DNA of 64,000 nucleotides from an uncultured Gammaproteobacteria bacterium (lineage in GTDB: Bacteria; Pseudomonadota; Gammaproteobacteria; Xanthomonadales; Rhodanobacteraceae), in the NCBI GenBank assembly GCA_963772435.1, contig CAVYXI010000018.1:607793-671792 (forward strand), read 5' to 3'. Each line of letters starts with the position of its first letter. The first letter of the stretch is position 1. This document shows, piece after piece, positions 1 through 11,366 of the stretch. A program made the position numbers and the translations under genes. The notes beneath the pieces are model-generated. The model searched no databases. It was not told the DNA's origin and was given only the letters and a program-made list of their open reading frames with translations.

Positions 1-560
1 ATTCGGCGGACGCCGCTTTCGCGCAGACGATGGCCGACCTGCTGCATAGCCCACGTTTTCGCGCCTACACGGGCAACGACATGATCGGCGCCGAACTCGG
101 CGGCGCGATGAAGAACGTGCTCGCGGTCGCCACCGGCGTCGCCGACGGCATGCACCTCGGACTCAACGCGCGCGCCGGCATGATCACGCGCGGCCTCAAC
201 GAGATGCTGCGGCTCGGCGCGGCGATCGGCGCGCGGCCGGAGACCCTGATGGGCCTCGCCGGACTCGGCGACCTCGTGCTGACCTGCACGGGCGATCTCT
301 CGCGCAACCGCCGCCTCGGCCTCGCGCTCGGTCGCGGCGTCGGCCTGCGGCAGGCCGTCGCCGAGATCGGCCAGGTCGTCGAGAGCATCGAGACCGTCGA
401 CACGGTGATGCGTCTCGCCGCCCGCCACGGCATCGAACTGCCGATCTCGCAGGGCGTGCAACGCGTGTTGCACGAGGAAATCACGCCGAAGGAAGGTCTG
501 CGGCAGTTGCTCGCGCGCGAGCAGAAGGCCGAATACCCGACGGGGATGTTCAAGCAATAG
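1..560 (+). CDS. gpsA: NAD(P)H-dependent glycerol-3-phosphate dehydrogenase, C-terminal part (5' end lies outside the window)
   Basis: The in-frame translation from base 1 (…[35 protein letters not shown]…[23 protein letters not shown]…) is a typical GpsA C-terminus. The stop is at 558-560. Confidence 0.9.
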   Translation, partial: SADAAFAQTMADLLHSPRFRAYTGNDMIGAELGGAMKNVLAVATGVADGMHLGLNARAGMITRGLNEMLRLGAAIGARPETLMGLAGLGDLVLTCTGDLSRNRRLGLALGRGVGLRQAVAEIGQVVESIETVDTVMRLAARHGIELPISQGVQRVLHEEITPKEGLRQLLAREQKAEYPTGMFKQ

Positions 561-673
561 AACGCCCACGGGGTGCGACGCGCAGGGCGCCACCCTCGCG
601 CTGCGACGTATCGTTACTTGCAGGCCGCGCCGCGTTCGATCAGCAACGTGCGCGCGCATCCGCGCGGCCTGCG

Positions 674-1139
674 TTACGCGCCGCCGGCAAAACCCTGCTG
701 CCGCCACGCCTCGTAAACCACGACCGCGACCGCATTCGAGAGATTCAGGCTGCGATTGTCCGGGCGCATCGGCAAGCGCAGGCGCTGTGCCTCGGGCAAC
801 GCGTCGAGCAGCGTGCTGCGGCAAACCGCGCGTCTCCGGACCGAACACGACCGCGTCGCCGTCGGCATAGCGGACGTCGCTGTACCGAGTCCGTCCGCGC
901 GTCGACAGCGCGAATGTGCGCGAAGGTCCGACCGCGGCGGTGAACGCGTCGAGGTCGTCGTGGACATCGACCTCCGCAAACTCGTGGTAGTCGAGCCCGG
1001 CACGACGCAGCTTGGCATGGTCGAGATCGAAACCGAGCGGCCGGATCAGGTGCAGGCGTGCGCCGCTGTTCGCGCAGAGGCGAATCACGTTGCCGGTGTT
1101 CGGCGGAATCTCGGGCTGATAGAGGACGACGTGCAGCAT
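674..1139 (-). CDS. trmL: tRNA (cytidine/uridine-2'-O)-methyltransferase TrmL (SpoU family); frameshifted in this sequence
   Basis: From the ATG at 1139 the N-terminus reads MLHVVLYQPEIPPNTGNVIRLCANSGARLHLI…FGPETRGLPQ. The other frame gives the C-terminus …LLDALPEAQRLRLPMRPDNRSLNLSNAVAVVVYEAWRQQGFAGGA. The two frames are joined by an apparent 2-bp deletion near 805-812. Confidence 0.75.
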
Positions 1140-1314
1140 GCGGCGATTATCAACCCGCCACCCGTGCATCCGGAAGCTGCGCGGCGCGCAGGCGAGCGCC
1201 TGCGTCGCGTCACGCGGCGGGCTATGCCGCTTCCGCGGTGATGGCGAGTCAGTACGCGTGCCGGACTCGATCCACAAACGATCGAATCACTCGGCTCGCG
1301 CGTCCGCAGGGCGC

Positions 1315-1578
1315 TCAACGCGTGCCAGAGGTTTCGTCGATCTGCGTCGGCTCGCCGACGAAAACGTTCGCCTGATAGCAGATTCTGCGCGCTTTCGAAT
1401 GCGCATCCGCCACGCACGTGGGCGACACGCTGACCGCCGATATCGTCGGCAGCGATGACGCATAGGTATCGTCGGCGGTGCTGATCTGCGCCATCGCCTG
1501 CGCACCTGCCACGATGGCGAGCGTTACGCCGATTGCGACGAGGCTGCGACGCAGCGGTTGATAGACGTTCATGACCAT
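1315..1578 (-). CDS. small secreted hypothetical protein (signal peptide)
   Basis: An RBS aaggaga precedes the ATG (MVMNVYQPLRRSLVAIGVTLAIVAGAQAMAQ…). The product is about 88 aa with an N-terminal signal peptide. No family was recognised. Confidence 0.45.
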   Translation of the reverse strand: MVMNVYQPLRRSLVAIGVTLAIVAGAQAMAQISTADDTYASSLPTISAVSVSPTCVADAHSKARRICYQANVFVGEPTQIDETSGTR

Positions 1579-1851
1579 TCTCCTTTCGTATACTTTGCGA
1601 CTTTTCAACTTTGCAACTTTGTGATCTGTGAAGAGCAAGGGCTGTGCCAGCGGTCGGCGACGACGGTTCCTGCTGTTCAATTCGATGCACGATCAAGCGA
1701 TTAAGTTGCAGCGCCGACGAAAGTCATGACTTCCGGCATACGTTCATCGAGTGTCCGCGGACAGTGAGGTGTCCGCGATGATCGCGGCGCGAACACGCGT
1801 GGACAGCAAATTGTGAAACGTCGCTGCGACCGGCGCGTGGCGACGGCGCGA

Positions 1852-2577
1852 CTACCAGGCCATCGTCTCGCCACGGTGGTCGAGGAAGCGGCCGCTGTGC
1901 GCCGTCGTCAATGCATCGACGACGCGCAGGACGCCAGCGATCGATTCGGCTGCGCCGAGCGGTGCGTTCGCGCCGCCCATGTCGGTACGCACCCAGCCCG
2001 GATGCACACTCACCACGACAATATCGTCGGACTTGAGCTGTGCTGCGAGAAGCCGCGTCACCATGTTGAGCGCGGCTTTGCTGATCGCGTAGCTCGGCGT
2101 AGCGAAGTGCGTCGTGTCGGAGAGCGAACCGAGTTCCGACGAAATATTGACGATCCGCGCCTGCGTGCCGCGCGCGAGCTGCGGGGCGAGCGCCTGGCTC
2201 AGCAGCAGCGGACCGATGACGTTCGAGCGCAGGCTCTCTTCGAACGTCTTCGCGCTCAACTCGCCGAAACGCTCGCCGGAGACGAGCACGCCCGCGCAAT
2301 TGATCAGCACGTCGACCGCGTCGCGGATCATGCCGGCTTCGCGCGCGAACCCGTCGATCGACCGCTCCTTGTCGAGATCGAGCGGCAGTATGTGCAGATG
2401 ACCTGGGTGCGCTGCAGCAAACTCGGTGAGCTTGAGCGCGCGCCCGGGATTGCGGCAGCCCGCGATCACGCGATCGCCGCGCGCGAGCAGCTGGCGCGTG
2501 AGCTCGAAGCCGAGGCCGCGATTGGCTCCGGTGACGACGAACCGCTTCGGCGACCTCGGCTGTGCAGCACTTTCCAT
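1852..2577 (-). CDS. short-chain dehydrogenase/reductase (SDR) family oxidoreductase
   Basis: It carries the TGANRGLG Rossmann motif and the YAISKAAL catalytic YxxxK motif. The ORF is intact. Confidence 0.85.
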   Translation of the reverse strand: MESAAQPRSPKRFVVTGANRGLGFELTRQLLARGDRVIAGCRNPGRALKLTEFAAAHPGHLHILPLDLDKERSIDGFAREAGMIRDAVDVLINCAGVLVSGERFGELSAKTFEESLRSNVIGPLLLSQALAPQLARGTQARIVNISSELGSLSDTTHFATPSYAISKAALNMVTRLLAAQLKSDDIVVVSVHPGWVRTDMGGANAPLGAAESIAGVLRVVDALTTAHSGRFLDHRGETMAW

Positions 2578-2707
2578 CGCATGCGCTCCGGCAACAATGG
2601 CGATACACACAAGTCTACGTCCGACTTTCGGCCATTGCGCGCTCTTTTGCGCTCGGCTAGGCTCGATTCCTTTTCTGTCACTCGCTCACTCGCCCAGGAG
2701 TTCGTCG

Positions 2708-5618
2708 ATGTCCATCGCCGCCGCCCGACCTTCCGACCGCATGCGCAAGGCACTATTCGGCTCGGTCGCCTTCGCGATCGCGCTTGCCGCGTCCGGTTGC
2801 GCGACCACGCCTTCCTCCTCCGCCCCGGCCCATCCGCCGGCGAAGGAAAGTGCCGCCGCGATCGACATCCCGTTCACGAAATTCCAGCTCGACAACGGCC
2901 TCACGGTCGTCGTGCACGAGGATCACAAGGCGCCGGTCGTCGCGGTCTCGATCTGGTACCACGTCGGCTCCGCCGACGAGCCCGCCGGCAAGACCGGCTT
3001 TGCGCACCTGTTCGAGCACCTCATGTTCTCGGGTTCCGAGAACCACAAAGGCACGTATTTCTCGCCGTTCGAGGTGGCCGGCGCGACCGACATGAACGGC
3101 ACGACCTGGTTCGATCGCACGAACTACTTCGAAACCGTGCCGACGACCGCGCTCGACATGGCGTTGTGGATGGAATCGGACCGCATGGGCCACCTGCTCA
3201 GCGCGATCGGCAAGACCGAGCTCGACACGCAGCGCGGCGTCGTGCAGAACGAGAAGCGGCAGGGCGAGAACCGCCCGTACGGCCGCACCGACGAAAACAT
3301 CCTGCTCAATGCGTTTCCGGCCAATCATCCGTATCAGCACGACACGATCGGTTCGATGGCCGATCTCGACGCGGCCTCTCTCGATGACGTGAAGCAATGG
3401 TTCCGCGACTACTACGGCGCGGCCAACACGACCGTCGTTCTCGCGGGCGACATCACGGCCGCGGTGGCGAAGGAGAAGATGCAGAAGTTCTTCGGCGACA
3501 TTCCGGCCGGTGCGCCGGTGCCGCGCCAGCAGCCGTGGGTCGCACCGCGCAGCACGTCGACGCGCGGCACGCAGCAGGACCACGTCGCGCAGGTACGCAT
3601 CTATCGCGAATGGAACGCGCCGCAACTCGGCGACGCCGAGAATCCGCTGCTCGATCTGGCCGCGACCGTGCTCGGTGGCGGCAAGACATCGCGTCTCTAT
3701 CAGCGCCTCGTCTACCAGGACAAGCTCGTCGACAACGTCTCGGTGCATCTGCAGACGTTCGCGCTCGCGAGCCAGTTCGAACTGCGCGCCGACGTGAAGA
3801 ACGGCGTCGACCCCGCGCAGGTCGAGGCGGCGGTCGCCGACGAGTGGGCGAAATTCCTCAAGGACGGCCCGACCGAGGATGAACTCGCTCGCGCGAAGAC
3901 ATCGGAGCGCGCGGGCTTCATCCGCGGCCTCGAACGCGTCGGCGGATTCGGCGGCAAGGCCGTCATCCTCGCGCAGAGCCAGGTCTATCTCGGCAATCCG
4001 GCCGCCTACAAGCTCGACCTCGAACGCACGGCCGCCGCGACGCCCGCGAGCGTGCTCGCCACGGCGCGCAAATGGGTCGCGCAGGGCGACTACACGCTGA
4101 CCGTCGTGCCCGCGAAGAAGGGTGCCGACCTCGCCGCCGAGGACAAGGCCGTCAAGGGCCTGCCCGAAGTTGCGGGCAAGCCGAAGCCCGTGCTGCCGGC
4201 CGAGAAAAAGTATACGACGGCGAAGAACGACGTCGATCGCAGCACGCGGCGTGCCCGCCGTCACGACGTTCCCCGACCTGACCTTCCCGGCGGTGCAGCG
4301 CGGCAAGCTCAAGAACGGCATCGAGGTGATCCTCGCCGAACGCCACGCGATTCCGGTGACGCACGTGCAGTTGCAGTTCGATGCGGGTTACGCCGGCGAC
4401 CAGGGCCGCAAGCTCGGCACGGCCAGTTTCACGGCGAGCATGCTCGACGAGGGCACGAAGACGCTCGATTCGATCGAGATCGCGAAGCGCGGCGAGCATC
4501 TCGGCGCGCTGATTCGCAACAGCGCCGGCCTCGACAGCTCGAGTTCTTCGCTCAACGCGCTCAATTCGGACCTGCCGGCCTCGCTCGAATTGTTCGCCGA
4601 CGTCGTGCGCAACCCCGCGTTCCGCGACGCCGACATCGAACGCATCCGCGCGCAGTGGCTCGCCGAGATCGGCCAGGAGAAGACGCAGCCGGGCGGCATG
4701 GCGCTGCGCACGTTGCCGCCGCTGCTGTACGGCAAGGATCACGCGTACGGCATTCCGTTCACGGGCACCGGCACCGAGGCCGCGATCAAGTCGCTCACCG
4801 CAGCGGACCTCGTCGCGTTCCAGAACGACTACCTGCGCTCCGACAACGTGAAGATTTTCGTCGCCGGCGACACGACGCTTGCGACGATCCTGCCGCTGCT
4901 CGACAAGGCGTTCGGCGACTGGGCCGCGCCGTCGTCCGCCGTGCCGAAGAAGAATCTGGCCCATGTCGACGCGCAGAAGAAGCCGCGCGTATTCCTGATC
5001 AACCGCGCCGATTCGCCGCAGTCGCTGATCCTCGCAGGCTCACTCGCGCCATCGACGACCGCACCGGACTATCTGCCCGTGCAGACCGCGAACGCCGTGT
5101 TCGGCGGCACGTTCACGTCGCGCCTCAACATGAACCTGCGCGAGAACAAGCGCTGGTCGTACGGCGCACGCTCGTCGGTGCAGGACGCGCTCGGCCAGCG
5201 TCCGCTGCTGCTGCAGGCGCCCGTGCAGACCGACAAGACCGCGGAGTCGGTCAGCGAGGCGCTCAAGGAAGTGCGCGCAGTCGCCTCGGACAACCCGCCG
5301 ACAACCGCCGAGATCGACAAGATCAAGGCGCAGCGCGTGCGCGCGCTGCCGGGCAGCTACGAGACGAGCGCAGCGGTGCTCGGCGCGCTCGCGACGAACC
5401 AGCTGTATGGCCGTCCCGACAACTACGTGCCGACGCTCAAGCAGAACATCGAAGCGCAGACGCAGGCGCAGGTCGACGCAGCGGCGAAGGAGATTTTCGT
5501 CCCCAACTCGCTGACCTGGGTCGTCGTCGGCGACTTGTCGAAGATAGAGAAGCCCGTGCGCGCACTCGGCATCGGCGAGGTCAAGGTGATCGACGCCGAC
5601 GGCAAGGTGGTTCGCTGA
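2708..5618 (+). CDS. M16 family zinc peptidase, two-domain PqqL-like, lipoprotein signal (LAASGC); frameshifted near 4243
   Basis: The HxxEH inverted zinc motif (HLFEHLMFSGS) is present. The protein aligns along its whole length with the downstream paralog at 6000-8843. There is a +1 indel after …KKYTTAKNDVDRS, and the second half continues in ORF 4122-5618. A cagg RBS precedes the ATG at 2708. Confidence 0.8.
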
Positions 5619-5773
5619 GCGGTTACGGCCGGGTTATACGCAAAATGACGCGGTACTCCGTCCGTCGCGCTACTTTCCCTTCTCCGGCTGGCGGGAGACA
5701 AAACGGCAAGGATTGCCGTTTTGCACGGCGGAGTCGCAGAAGGGGTGAATGTACGTGGCGCGCAGCGCCGGAT

Positions 5774-5856
5774 GAGGGTGGCACGGCCGAAATTGTCGGC
5801 GCAGGCGCCACCCTCACCCGCGCCTGCGGCGCGACCTCTCCCGCCAGCGGGAGAGG
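5774..5856. repeat. cluster of inverted repeats in the 380-bp spacer between the M16 paralogs (GAGGGTGGC-N24-GCCACCCTC; CCTCTCCCGC-cag-CGGGAGAGG)
   Basis: These are read directly in the sequence. The second is a 9-bp stem with a 3-4-nt loop. Their role is unknown; they may be a terminator or attenuator for the upstream paralog or a REP-like element. Confidence 0.4.
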
Positions 5857-5999
5857 TAAATGGTGCGGCCACGATTTGCCAACACGCAACCCGACAATGC
5901 GGTAGAGAACTCGATGGGCCAGAGCTCTCCGCAGAGTCGCCCGAGGCCCGCTGGTCGCTTTCGGCAGCGTGCGCTTGTCAGATGATAAGGAGAACGTCG

Positions 6000-8843
6000 A
6001 TGCATCGGCAGCAGTCCCTACTAAGGTCCATCGCGCTCGCGTGCGCGCTCGTCGCTCCTCCCGTGCTTGCCGATACGCCCGCGCCCGCGAAGATCGACAC
6101 GGTCGACCTGAAGTACGAGAAGCTCGAACTGCCGAACGGCCTCACTGTCATCGTCCACGAGGACCACAAGGCGCCGGTCGTCAACGTCGCGGTCTGGTAT
6201 CACATCGGTTCGGCCGACGAGCCGGCGGGAAAGACCGGTTTCGCCCACCTGTTCGAGCACCTGATGTTTTCCGGTTCGGAGAATCACCCGGACGGTTTCT
6301 TCAAGCCGTTCGAACTCATCGGCGCGACCGACCAGAACGGCTCGACCTGGAACGACCGCACCAACTACTACGAGACGGTACCGACGACAGCGCTCGATCT
6401 CGCGCTGTGGATGGAATCCGACCGCATGGGCCACCTGCTCGGCTTCATCGGCCAGAAGGAACTCGACACGCAACGCGGCGTCGTGCAGAACGAGAAGCGG
6501 CAGGGCGAGAACCAGCCGTACGGCCGCGTTGACGAGAACATTCAGGCGAACGCGTTTCCCGCGAATCATCCCTACCACCACGACACGATCGGCTCGATGA
6601 AGGACTTGAACGCGGCCTCGCTCGCCGACGTCAAGCAGTGGTTCCACGATCACTACGGCGCCGCGAATACGACCCTCGTGCTCGCCGGCGACATCACGCC
6701 CGCCGTCGCGCGCGAGAAGGCGCTGGCCTATTTCGGCGACATTCCTGCCGGGCCTCCCGTTGCCCGCCAGCAGCCATGGGTCTACGCACGCGACAAATCG
6801 ACGCGCGGCGAGATGGTCGATCAGGTCGCGCAGGTGCGCGTGTACCGCGAATGGAACGTGCCGCAGCTCGGCGATGCCGATGTGCCGCTGCTCGATCTCG
6901 CCTCCACGGTCCTCGGCGGCGGCAGGACGTCACGCCTGTACGAGCGCCTGGTGTACAAGGACAAGATCGCGGACGACGTCAGCGTTTCGATCTCGACGTT
7001 CGCGCTCGCAAGCCTGTTCGAGCTGCAGGTCGACGTGAAGAAGGGCGTCAATCCGGCGAAGGTCGAGGCGGCGATCGCGGATGAGTGGGCGAAGTTGCTT
7101 CGGGACGGCCCGAGCGAGGACGAACTCGACCGCGCCCGCGTACGCGCGCGCGCGCAAATGGTCCGCAACGTCGAGAAGGTGCTCTACCAGGGTTGGTTCC
7201 TCGCAGAAGGTCAGGTCTACCAGAACGATCCGAACGCCTACAAGATCGACTTCGCGCGCATGGATGCGGCGACGCCCGCGGCCGTGGCCGCGGCGGCGAG
7301 GAAGTGGATCGACAAGGGCGACTACACGCTGACGGTCAGGCCAGGCACGCCCGATCCTTCGAAGGACGAAGCCGAATCGGGCGGCCTCACCGCAGCCGAC
7401 GGCGCACCGAAGGCGGTGCTGCCGGCCGCGCACGAGTATACAACGGTAAAAAGCAGCATCGACCGCAGCAAGGGAGTGCCCACGGTCTCGACCTTCCCCG
7501 ACCTCAGCTTCCCGCGCCTGCAGCGCGGCAAGCTCAGGAACGGCATCGAGGTCGTTCTCGCTGAACGGCACGAGGTGCCGCTTGTGCAGCTCAATATCCT
7601 GTTCGATTCCGGCTACGCGGCCGACCAGGGTCGCAAGCTCGGCACGGCGACGTTCACTGCCGGCATGCTCGACGAGGGCACGAAGACGCTCGACTCGCTC
7701 GCCATCGCGCGCAGGCGCGAGCAGCTCGGCGCGAATCTCGGCGCCGGCTGCGACCTCGACACATGCCAGGTCGGCCTCAACAGCCTGAAGTCGCAGCTCG
7801 ATCCGTCGCTCGCGCTGTGGACGGACGTGCTGCGCAATCCCGCATTCCGCAAAGGCGACATCGAACGCGTGCGCGGCTTGCGCGTGGCGACCATCGCGCA
7901 GGAGAAGACCGATCCGGTCAGCCTCGCGCTGCGCACGTTGCCGCCACTGCTGTACGGCAAGGGCCATGCCTACGGCGTGCCGTTCACGGGCAGTGGCACC
8001 GTGGCGTCGGTGAAGTCCCTGAGCGACAAGGACATGCGGGCGTTCGTCGCCGACTGGTTCCGCCCCGACAATGCACGAATCATCATTGTCGGCGACACGA
8101 CGCTCGCCGAAATCACCGACAAGCTCAACGCGGTGATCGGCGACTGGTCTTCGCCGAACAAGCCATTGCCGAAGAAGAGTCTGCCAATCGCGCTCGCGCC
8201 GTCGAAGCCGCGCGTCTACCTGCTCGACCGGCCCGGTTCGCAGCAGTCGATGATCATCGCGGGCATCGTCGCACCGTCGACGCTGGCGCCGAACAACCTC
8301 GAGATCCGCACGATGAACAGCGCGTTCGGCGGCCTGTTCACGTCGCGCCTCAACATGAATCTGCGCGAGGACAAGCATTGGGCCTACGGCGCCGGCGCGT
8401 TCCTGCCGAACGCGCTCGGCCAGCGGCCCTATCTGATCTATGCGCCCGTGCAGACCGACAAGACGGCCGACTCGATGAAGGAAATGCTCAGCGAATCGCA
8501 GGCACTCGTGGGCGACAAGCCGCTCAGCGCAGCGGAGATCGCGAAGGTCAAGACGAGCGACGTGCGCGCGCTGCCCGGCGAGTTCGAGAGCGGCCAGGCG
8601 ATCGCGGGTTCCGTGCAGGGCATCGTCGTCTATCACCGGCCCGATGATTACGTGCAGACGCTGAAGGCACGCACCGAGGCGCAGAAGGACGGCGACGTCG
8701 AGGCGGCCGCGAAGGAAGTCGTCAAACCGAACGGCCTCACCTGGGTCGTCGTCGGTGATCGCAAGCAGATCGAGAAATCCGTACGCGAGCTGAAGATCGG
8801 TGACATCGAAGTGCTCGATGCCGACGGCAACGTTGTAAAGTGA
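6000..8843 (+). CDS. M16 family zinc peptidase, two-domain PqqL-like, secreted; intact paralog
   Basis: The product is 947 aa. An RBS aaggag lies 8 bp upstream of the ATG at 6000. The signal peptide is MHRQQSLLRSIALACALVAPPVLADTPAP. The HLFEHLMFSGS motif is present. Confidence 0.9.
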   Translation: MHRQQSLLRSIALACALVAPPVLADTPAPAKIDTVDLKYEKLELPNGLTVIVHEDHKAPVVNVAVWYHIGSADEPAGKTGFAHLFEHLMFSGSENHPDGFFKPFELIGATDQNGSTWNDRTNYYETVPTTALDLALWMESDRMGHLLGFIGQKELDTQRGVVQNEKRQGENQPYGRVDENIQANAFPANHPYHHDTIGSMKDLNAASLADVKQWFHDHYGAANTTLVLAGDITPAVAREKALAYFGDIPAGPPVARQQPWVYARDKSTRGEMVDQVAQVRVYREWNVPQLGDADVPLLDLASTVLGGGRTSRLYERLVYKDKIADDVSVSISTFALASLFELQVDVKKGVNPAKVEAAIADEWAKLLRDGPSEDELDRARVRARAQMVRNVEKVLYQGWFLAEGQVYQNDPNAYKIDFARMDAATPAAVAAAARKWIDKGDYTLTVRPGTPDPSKDEAESGGLTAADGAPKAVLPAAHEYTTVKSSIDRSKGVPTVSTFPDLSFPRLQRGKLRNGIEVVLAERHEVPLVQLNILFDSGYAADQGRKLGTATFTAGMLDEGTKTLDSLAIARRREQLGANLGAGCDLDTCQVGLNSLKSQLDPSLALWTDVLRNPAFRKGDIERVRGLRVATIAQEKTDPVSLALRTLPPLLYGKGHAYGVPFTGSGTVASVKSLSDKDMRAFVADWFRPDNARIIIVGDTTLAEITDKLNAVIGDWSSPNKPLPKKSLPIALAPSKPRVYLLDRPGSQQSMIIAGIVAPSTLAPNNLEIRTMNSAFGGLFTSRLNMNLREDKHWAYGAGAFLPNALGQRPYLIYAPVQTDKTADSMKEMLSESQALVGDKPLSAAEIAKVKTSDVRALPGEFESGQAIAGSVQGIVVYHRPDDYVQTLKARTEAQKDGDVEAAAKEVVKPNGLTWVVVGDRKQIEKSVRELKIGDIEVLDADGNVVK

Positions 8844-8976
8844 CAGGCACCTTTACAAGCGGCGCCACCAAAGGCGGCCCGCGACAATCGGTACCGTCGC
8901 GCGCGCAAGGATGACGCAGGCGGCATGACCGCCTGCATCCCCCGTGCCTTCGAGCATGTCCTCGAGCGATTGCGCC

Positions 8977-9384
8977 ATGAAGAAATGTTTTCTTGCCCTG
9001 CTCTGCCTCGCCATCGCGCCGACGGCCTGCACCTGGGTCGATCCGAGCGCGGGCGGCACCGACGTGCGCGTGGTCTATGACGGCAGCGTCAGCGGCTGCC
9101 GCGACGCGGGCCAGGTCGGCGTCTCCGTGGCCGACAAGGTCGCGTTCTATCATCGCAGCGACCTCAAGGTGCGCGACGAACTCGAGACGCTGGCGCGCAA
9201 CGAAGCCGCGACCCTGCCCGCCGATACGATCAAACCGCTCGACGAGCCGCACGACGGTGCGCAGCATTTCCAGGCCTATGTCTGCGGACGTACGCTCGCG
9301 AAAAAGCGCGACGTCGCAGGAGACACGCTGCCCTCGGCGACGAGCGGCGAGACGCAGACGTTTCCGGTCAAGGAACACCGCTAG
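8977..9384 (+). CDS. small lipoprotein of unknown function
   Basis: MKKCFLALLCLAIAPTAC is a lipobox signal. The product is about 135 aa. Confidence 0.6.
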   Translation: MKKCFLALLCLAIAPTACTWVDPSAGGTDVRVVYDGSVSGCRDAGQVGVSVADKVAFYHRSDLKVRDELETLARNEAATLPADTIKPLDEPHDGAQHFQAYVCGRTLAKKRDVAGDTLPSATSGETQTFPVKEHR

Positions 9385-9667
9385 GGTCCACTCGATCCCG
9401 CAAAAATCCGCTCTGTTCCGAAGCCACGCCAATTTCCTTGCCACTCGCTCCGCTCGCAAGGCTGCGCCGCGCCCAAAGCGGCGCTCGACGGTCAGCGTTC
9501 CTGACTACACCGACACCCGCGCACGAGAACCGACGCGAGACACCACTGCCTTGCCTCCATGCTGGGCATCTCAGCGGCATGTTCGGAGCGTTGACGCCGA
9601 CGCGTGATCTTACGATGATGCAGTGCAGCGAACCCGTCGGGATCGCTCGAAAAGGATGCCGCGCTGC

Positions 9668-10534
9668 ATGTCGCTCGCCGAGCCTGCACTGCAAGCCCCC
9701 GCCTTCACGCATCAGCGCGTGGACGGCGCAGCGCGGATCGCGTTCGCCTGCGGCCCCGACGGCACCCGGCTCGCAGATCTCTACCAGCGCGCACCGTGCC
9801 GGCTGCTGTTTCCAAACGTCGCGCCCGGCGAACCGCCGCAAGCCGTTCTGCTGACGACGAGCGGTGGACTGACCGGTGGTGATCGCCTGCGAATCGAGTT
9901 TCGCGTTGGCGCCGGCGCACGCGCGACGCTGACGACGCAGGCCGCCGAGAAGATCTATCGCGCGCTGCCCCTTGCCGGGGACGTCGACATCTCGGTACGC
10001 GCCGAAGTCGCCACAGGCGCTTACGCAGAATGGCTCGCGCAGGAAACCATCGTCTTCGACGGCGGGCGCCTGCGCCGCGAATTCGTCGCCGATCTCGCTG
10101 CCAATGCCGCACTGCTGGCGACCGAGAGCCTCGTCCTCGGCCGCAGCGCGATGAATGAGACGCTGCGCACGGGTTTCGTCCACGACCGCTGGTGCATCCG
10201 ACGCGATGGCAGGCTCGTGTTCGCCGACGCGCTGCATCTCGACGGCGATATCGAGCGCCTGCGCGCAGCGGCGTTCGGCTTCGGCGACGCGGTCGCGTGT
10301 GGCACGCTGATCTACGCCGCGGCCGACGCGCTCACCCGGCTCGAGGATGTTCGCGCCTGGGCGCGCGCGCACGCGCCCGTCGCGCACGCGACGACGCGCG
10401 ACGGCTTGTTGATCGTGCGCTTCATCTCGGCGCACGCGATCGACGTGCGCAACGCGATCATTTCCATCGCCGGCTGGATTCGCCATGTGGCGTCCGGTCA
10501 TGCGCAACGACTTCCGCAAGTCTGGTACTGCTAG
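9668..10534 (+). CDS. ureD: urease accessory protein UreD (UreH)
   Basis: The sequence has the UreD family pattern (…LLTTSGGLTGGDRLRIEF…). It lies at the head of the urease operon. The start is uncertain (MSLAEP chosen). Confidence 0.8.
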   Translation: MSLAEPALQAPAFTHQRVDGAARIAFACGPDGTRLADLYQRAPCRLLFPNVAPGEPPQAVLLTTSGGLTGGDRLRIEFRVGAGARATLTTQAAEKIYRALPLAGDVDISVRAEVATGAYAEWLAQETIVFDGGRLRREFVADLAANAALLATESLVLGRSAMNETLRTGFVHDRWCIRRDGRLVFADALHLDGDIERLRAAAFGFGDAVACGTLIYAAADALTRLEDVRAWARAHAPVAHATTRDGLLIVRFISAHAIDVRNAIISIAGWIRHVASGHAQRLPQVWYC

Positions 10535-10726
10535 TTTTTCCACTTGCGTGCCGGATGTGCGCTCCCGTCATGCTCGGCAAGGATGCCTGCAACGCGATTG
10601 TTCATCATCGCTTGCGAATTTGTGGAACGTGGATGCCGACTCGCGGTCCTGCCCTGCGATGATTGTCGGAGCGAACGCAAGCAACAGAGCATCTGTCGTG
10701 AATGGAAACGGATCAGAGAATCTGAA

Positions 10727-11047
10727 ATGAACCTCACCCCGCGCGAAAAGGACAAACTGCTCGTCGCGATGGCGGCGCTCGTTGCGCGGCGGCGCCTCGA
10801 GCGCGGCGTCAGGCTCAATCATCCCGAAGCGGTCGCGCTGATCACCGATGCCGTCGTCGAAGGCGCGCGCGACGGACGCAGCGTCGCCGATCTCATGCAG
10901 GCGGGCGCGAAGGTCGTCACCCGTTCGCAGGTCATGGAAGGCGTCGCCGAGATGATCCACGAGATCCAGGTCGAGGCGACGTTCCCGGACGGCACGAAAC
11001 TCGTGACCGTGCATCAGCCGATCAGGCATAACGGAGACGAGGGATGA
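10727..11047 (+). CDS. ureA: urease subunit gamma
   Basis: [39 protein letters not shown]… is the canonical UreA sequence. Confidence 0.95.
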   Translation: MNLTPREKDKLLVAMAALVARRRLERGVRLNHPEAVALITDAVVEGARDGRSVADLMQAGAKVVTRSQVMEGVAEMIHEIQVEATFPDGTKLVTVHQPIRHNGDEG

Positions 11048-11364
11048 CGCCGGGCGAAATCCTCACTGCCGAAGGCGATATTCGCCTCAACGCCGGACGC
11101 GAAGCGGTCACGCTCGCAGTCGCGAACGGCGGCGACCGGCCGATCCAGGTCGGCAGCCACTACCATTTCTTCGAGACCAACCCCGCGCTGCAATTCGATC
11201 GGGCCCGTGCGCGCGGCATGCGCCTCGACATTCCCGCCGGCACCGCGATGCGTTTCGAGCCGGGGCAGACGCGCGAGGCGCGCCTCATCCCTTACGCGGG
11301 CTCGCGTGTCGTCTTCGGCTTCCGCGGCGAAGTGATGGGTGCGCTCGACGCGGAGGCGAAATAG
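11044..11364 (+). CDS. ureB: urease subunit beta
   Basis: [44 protein letters not shown]… is the canonical UreB sequence. The start overlaps the ureA stop by 4 bp. Confidence 0.95.
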   Translation: MTPGEILTAEGDIRLNAGREAVTLAVANGGDRPIQVGSHYHFFETNPALQFDRARARGMRLDIPAGTAMRFEPGQTREARLIPYAGSRVVFGFRGEVMGALDAEAK

Positions 11365-11366
11365 CG

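Noticed and set aside
2753-4321. A long antisense ORF (522 aa) opposite M16 copy 1. Similar antisense ORFs lie at 6930-8636, 9368-10543, 11292-12788, 19728-22034, 36475-38901, 42502-44508 and 48359-50518.
   Set aside because: These are typical high-GC shadow ORFs. They have Arg/Ala/Gly-rich low-complexity translations and no recognisable domains. In every case the opposite strand carries a well-supported gene.
2426-5905. A 1159-aa ORF suggesting one giant protein.
   Set aside because: It is the M16 peptidase (from 2708) reading through, after a frameshift, into GC-rich non-coding frame. The real gene ends at 5618 in the other frame.
5721-5999. A 93-aa N-terminal extension (MHGGVAEG…) on the second M16 ORF.
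   Set aside because: There is no RBS, and the sequence is Arg/Ala-rich junk. A perfect AAGGAG RBS and signal peptide start at 6000, and the spacer is full of inverted repeats.
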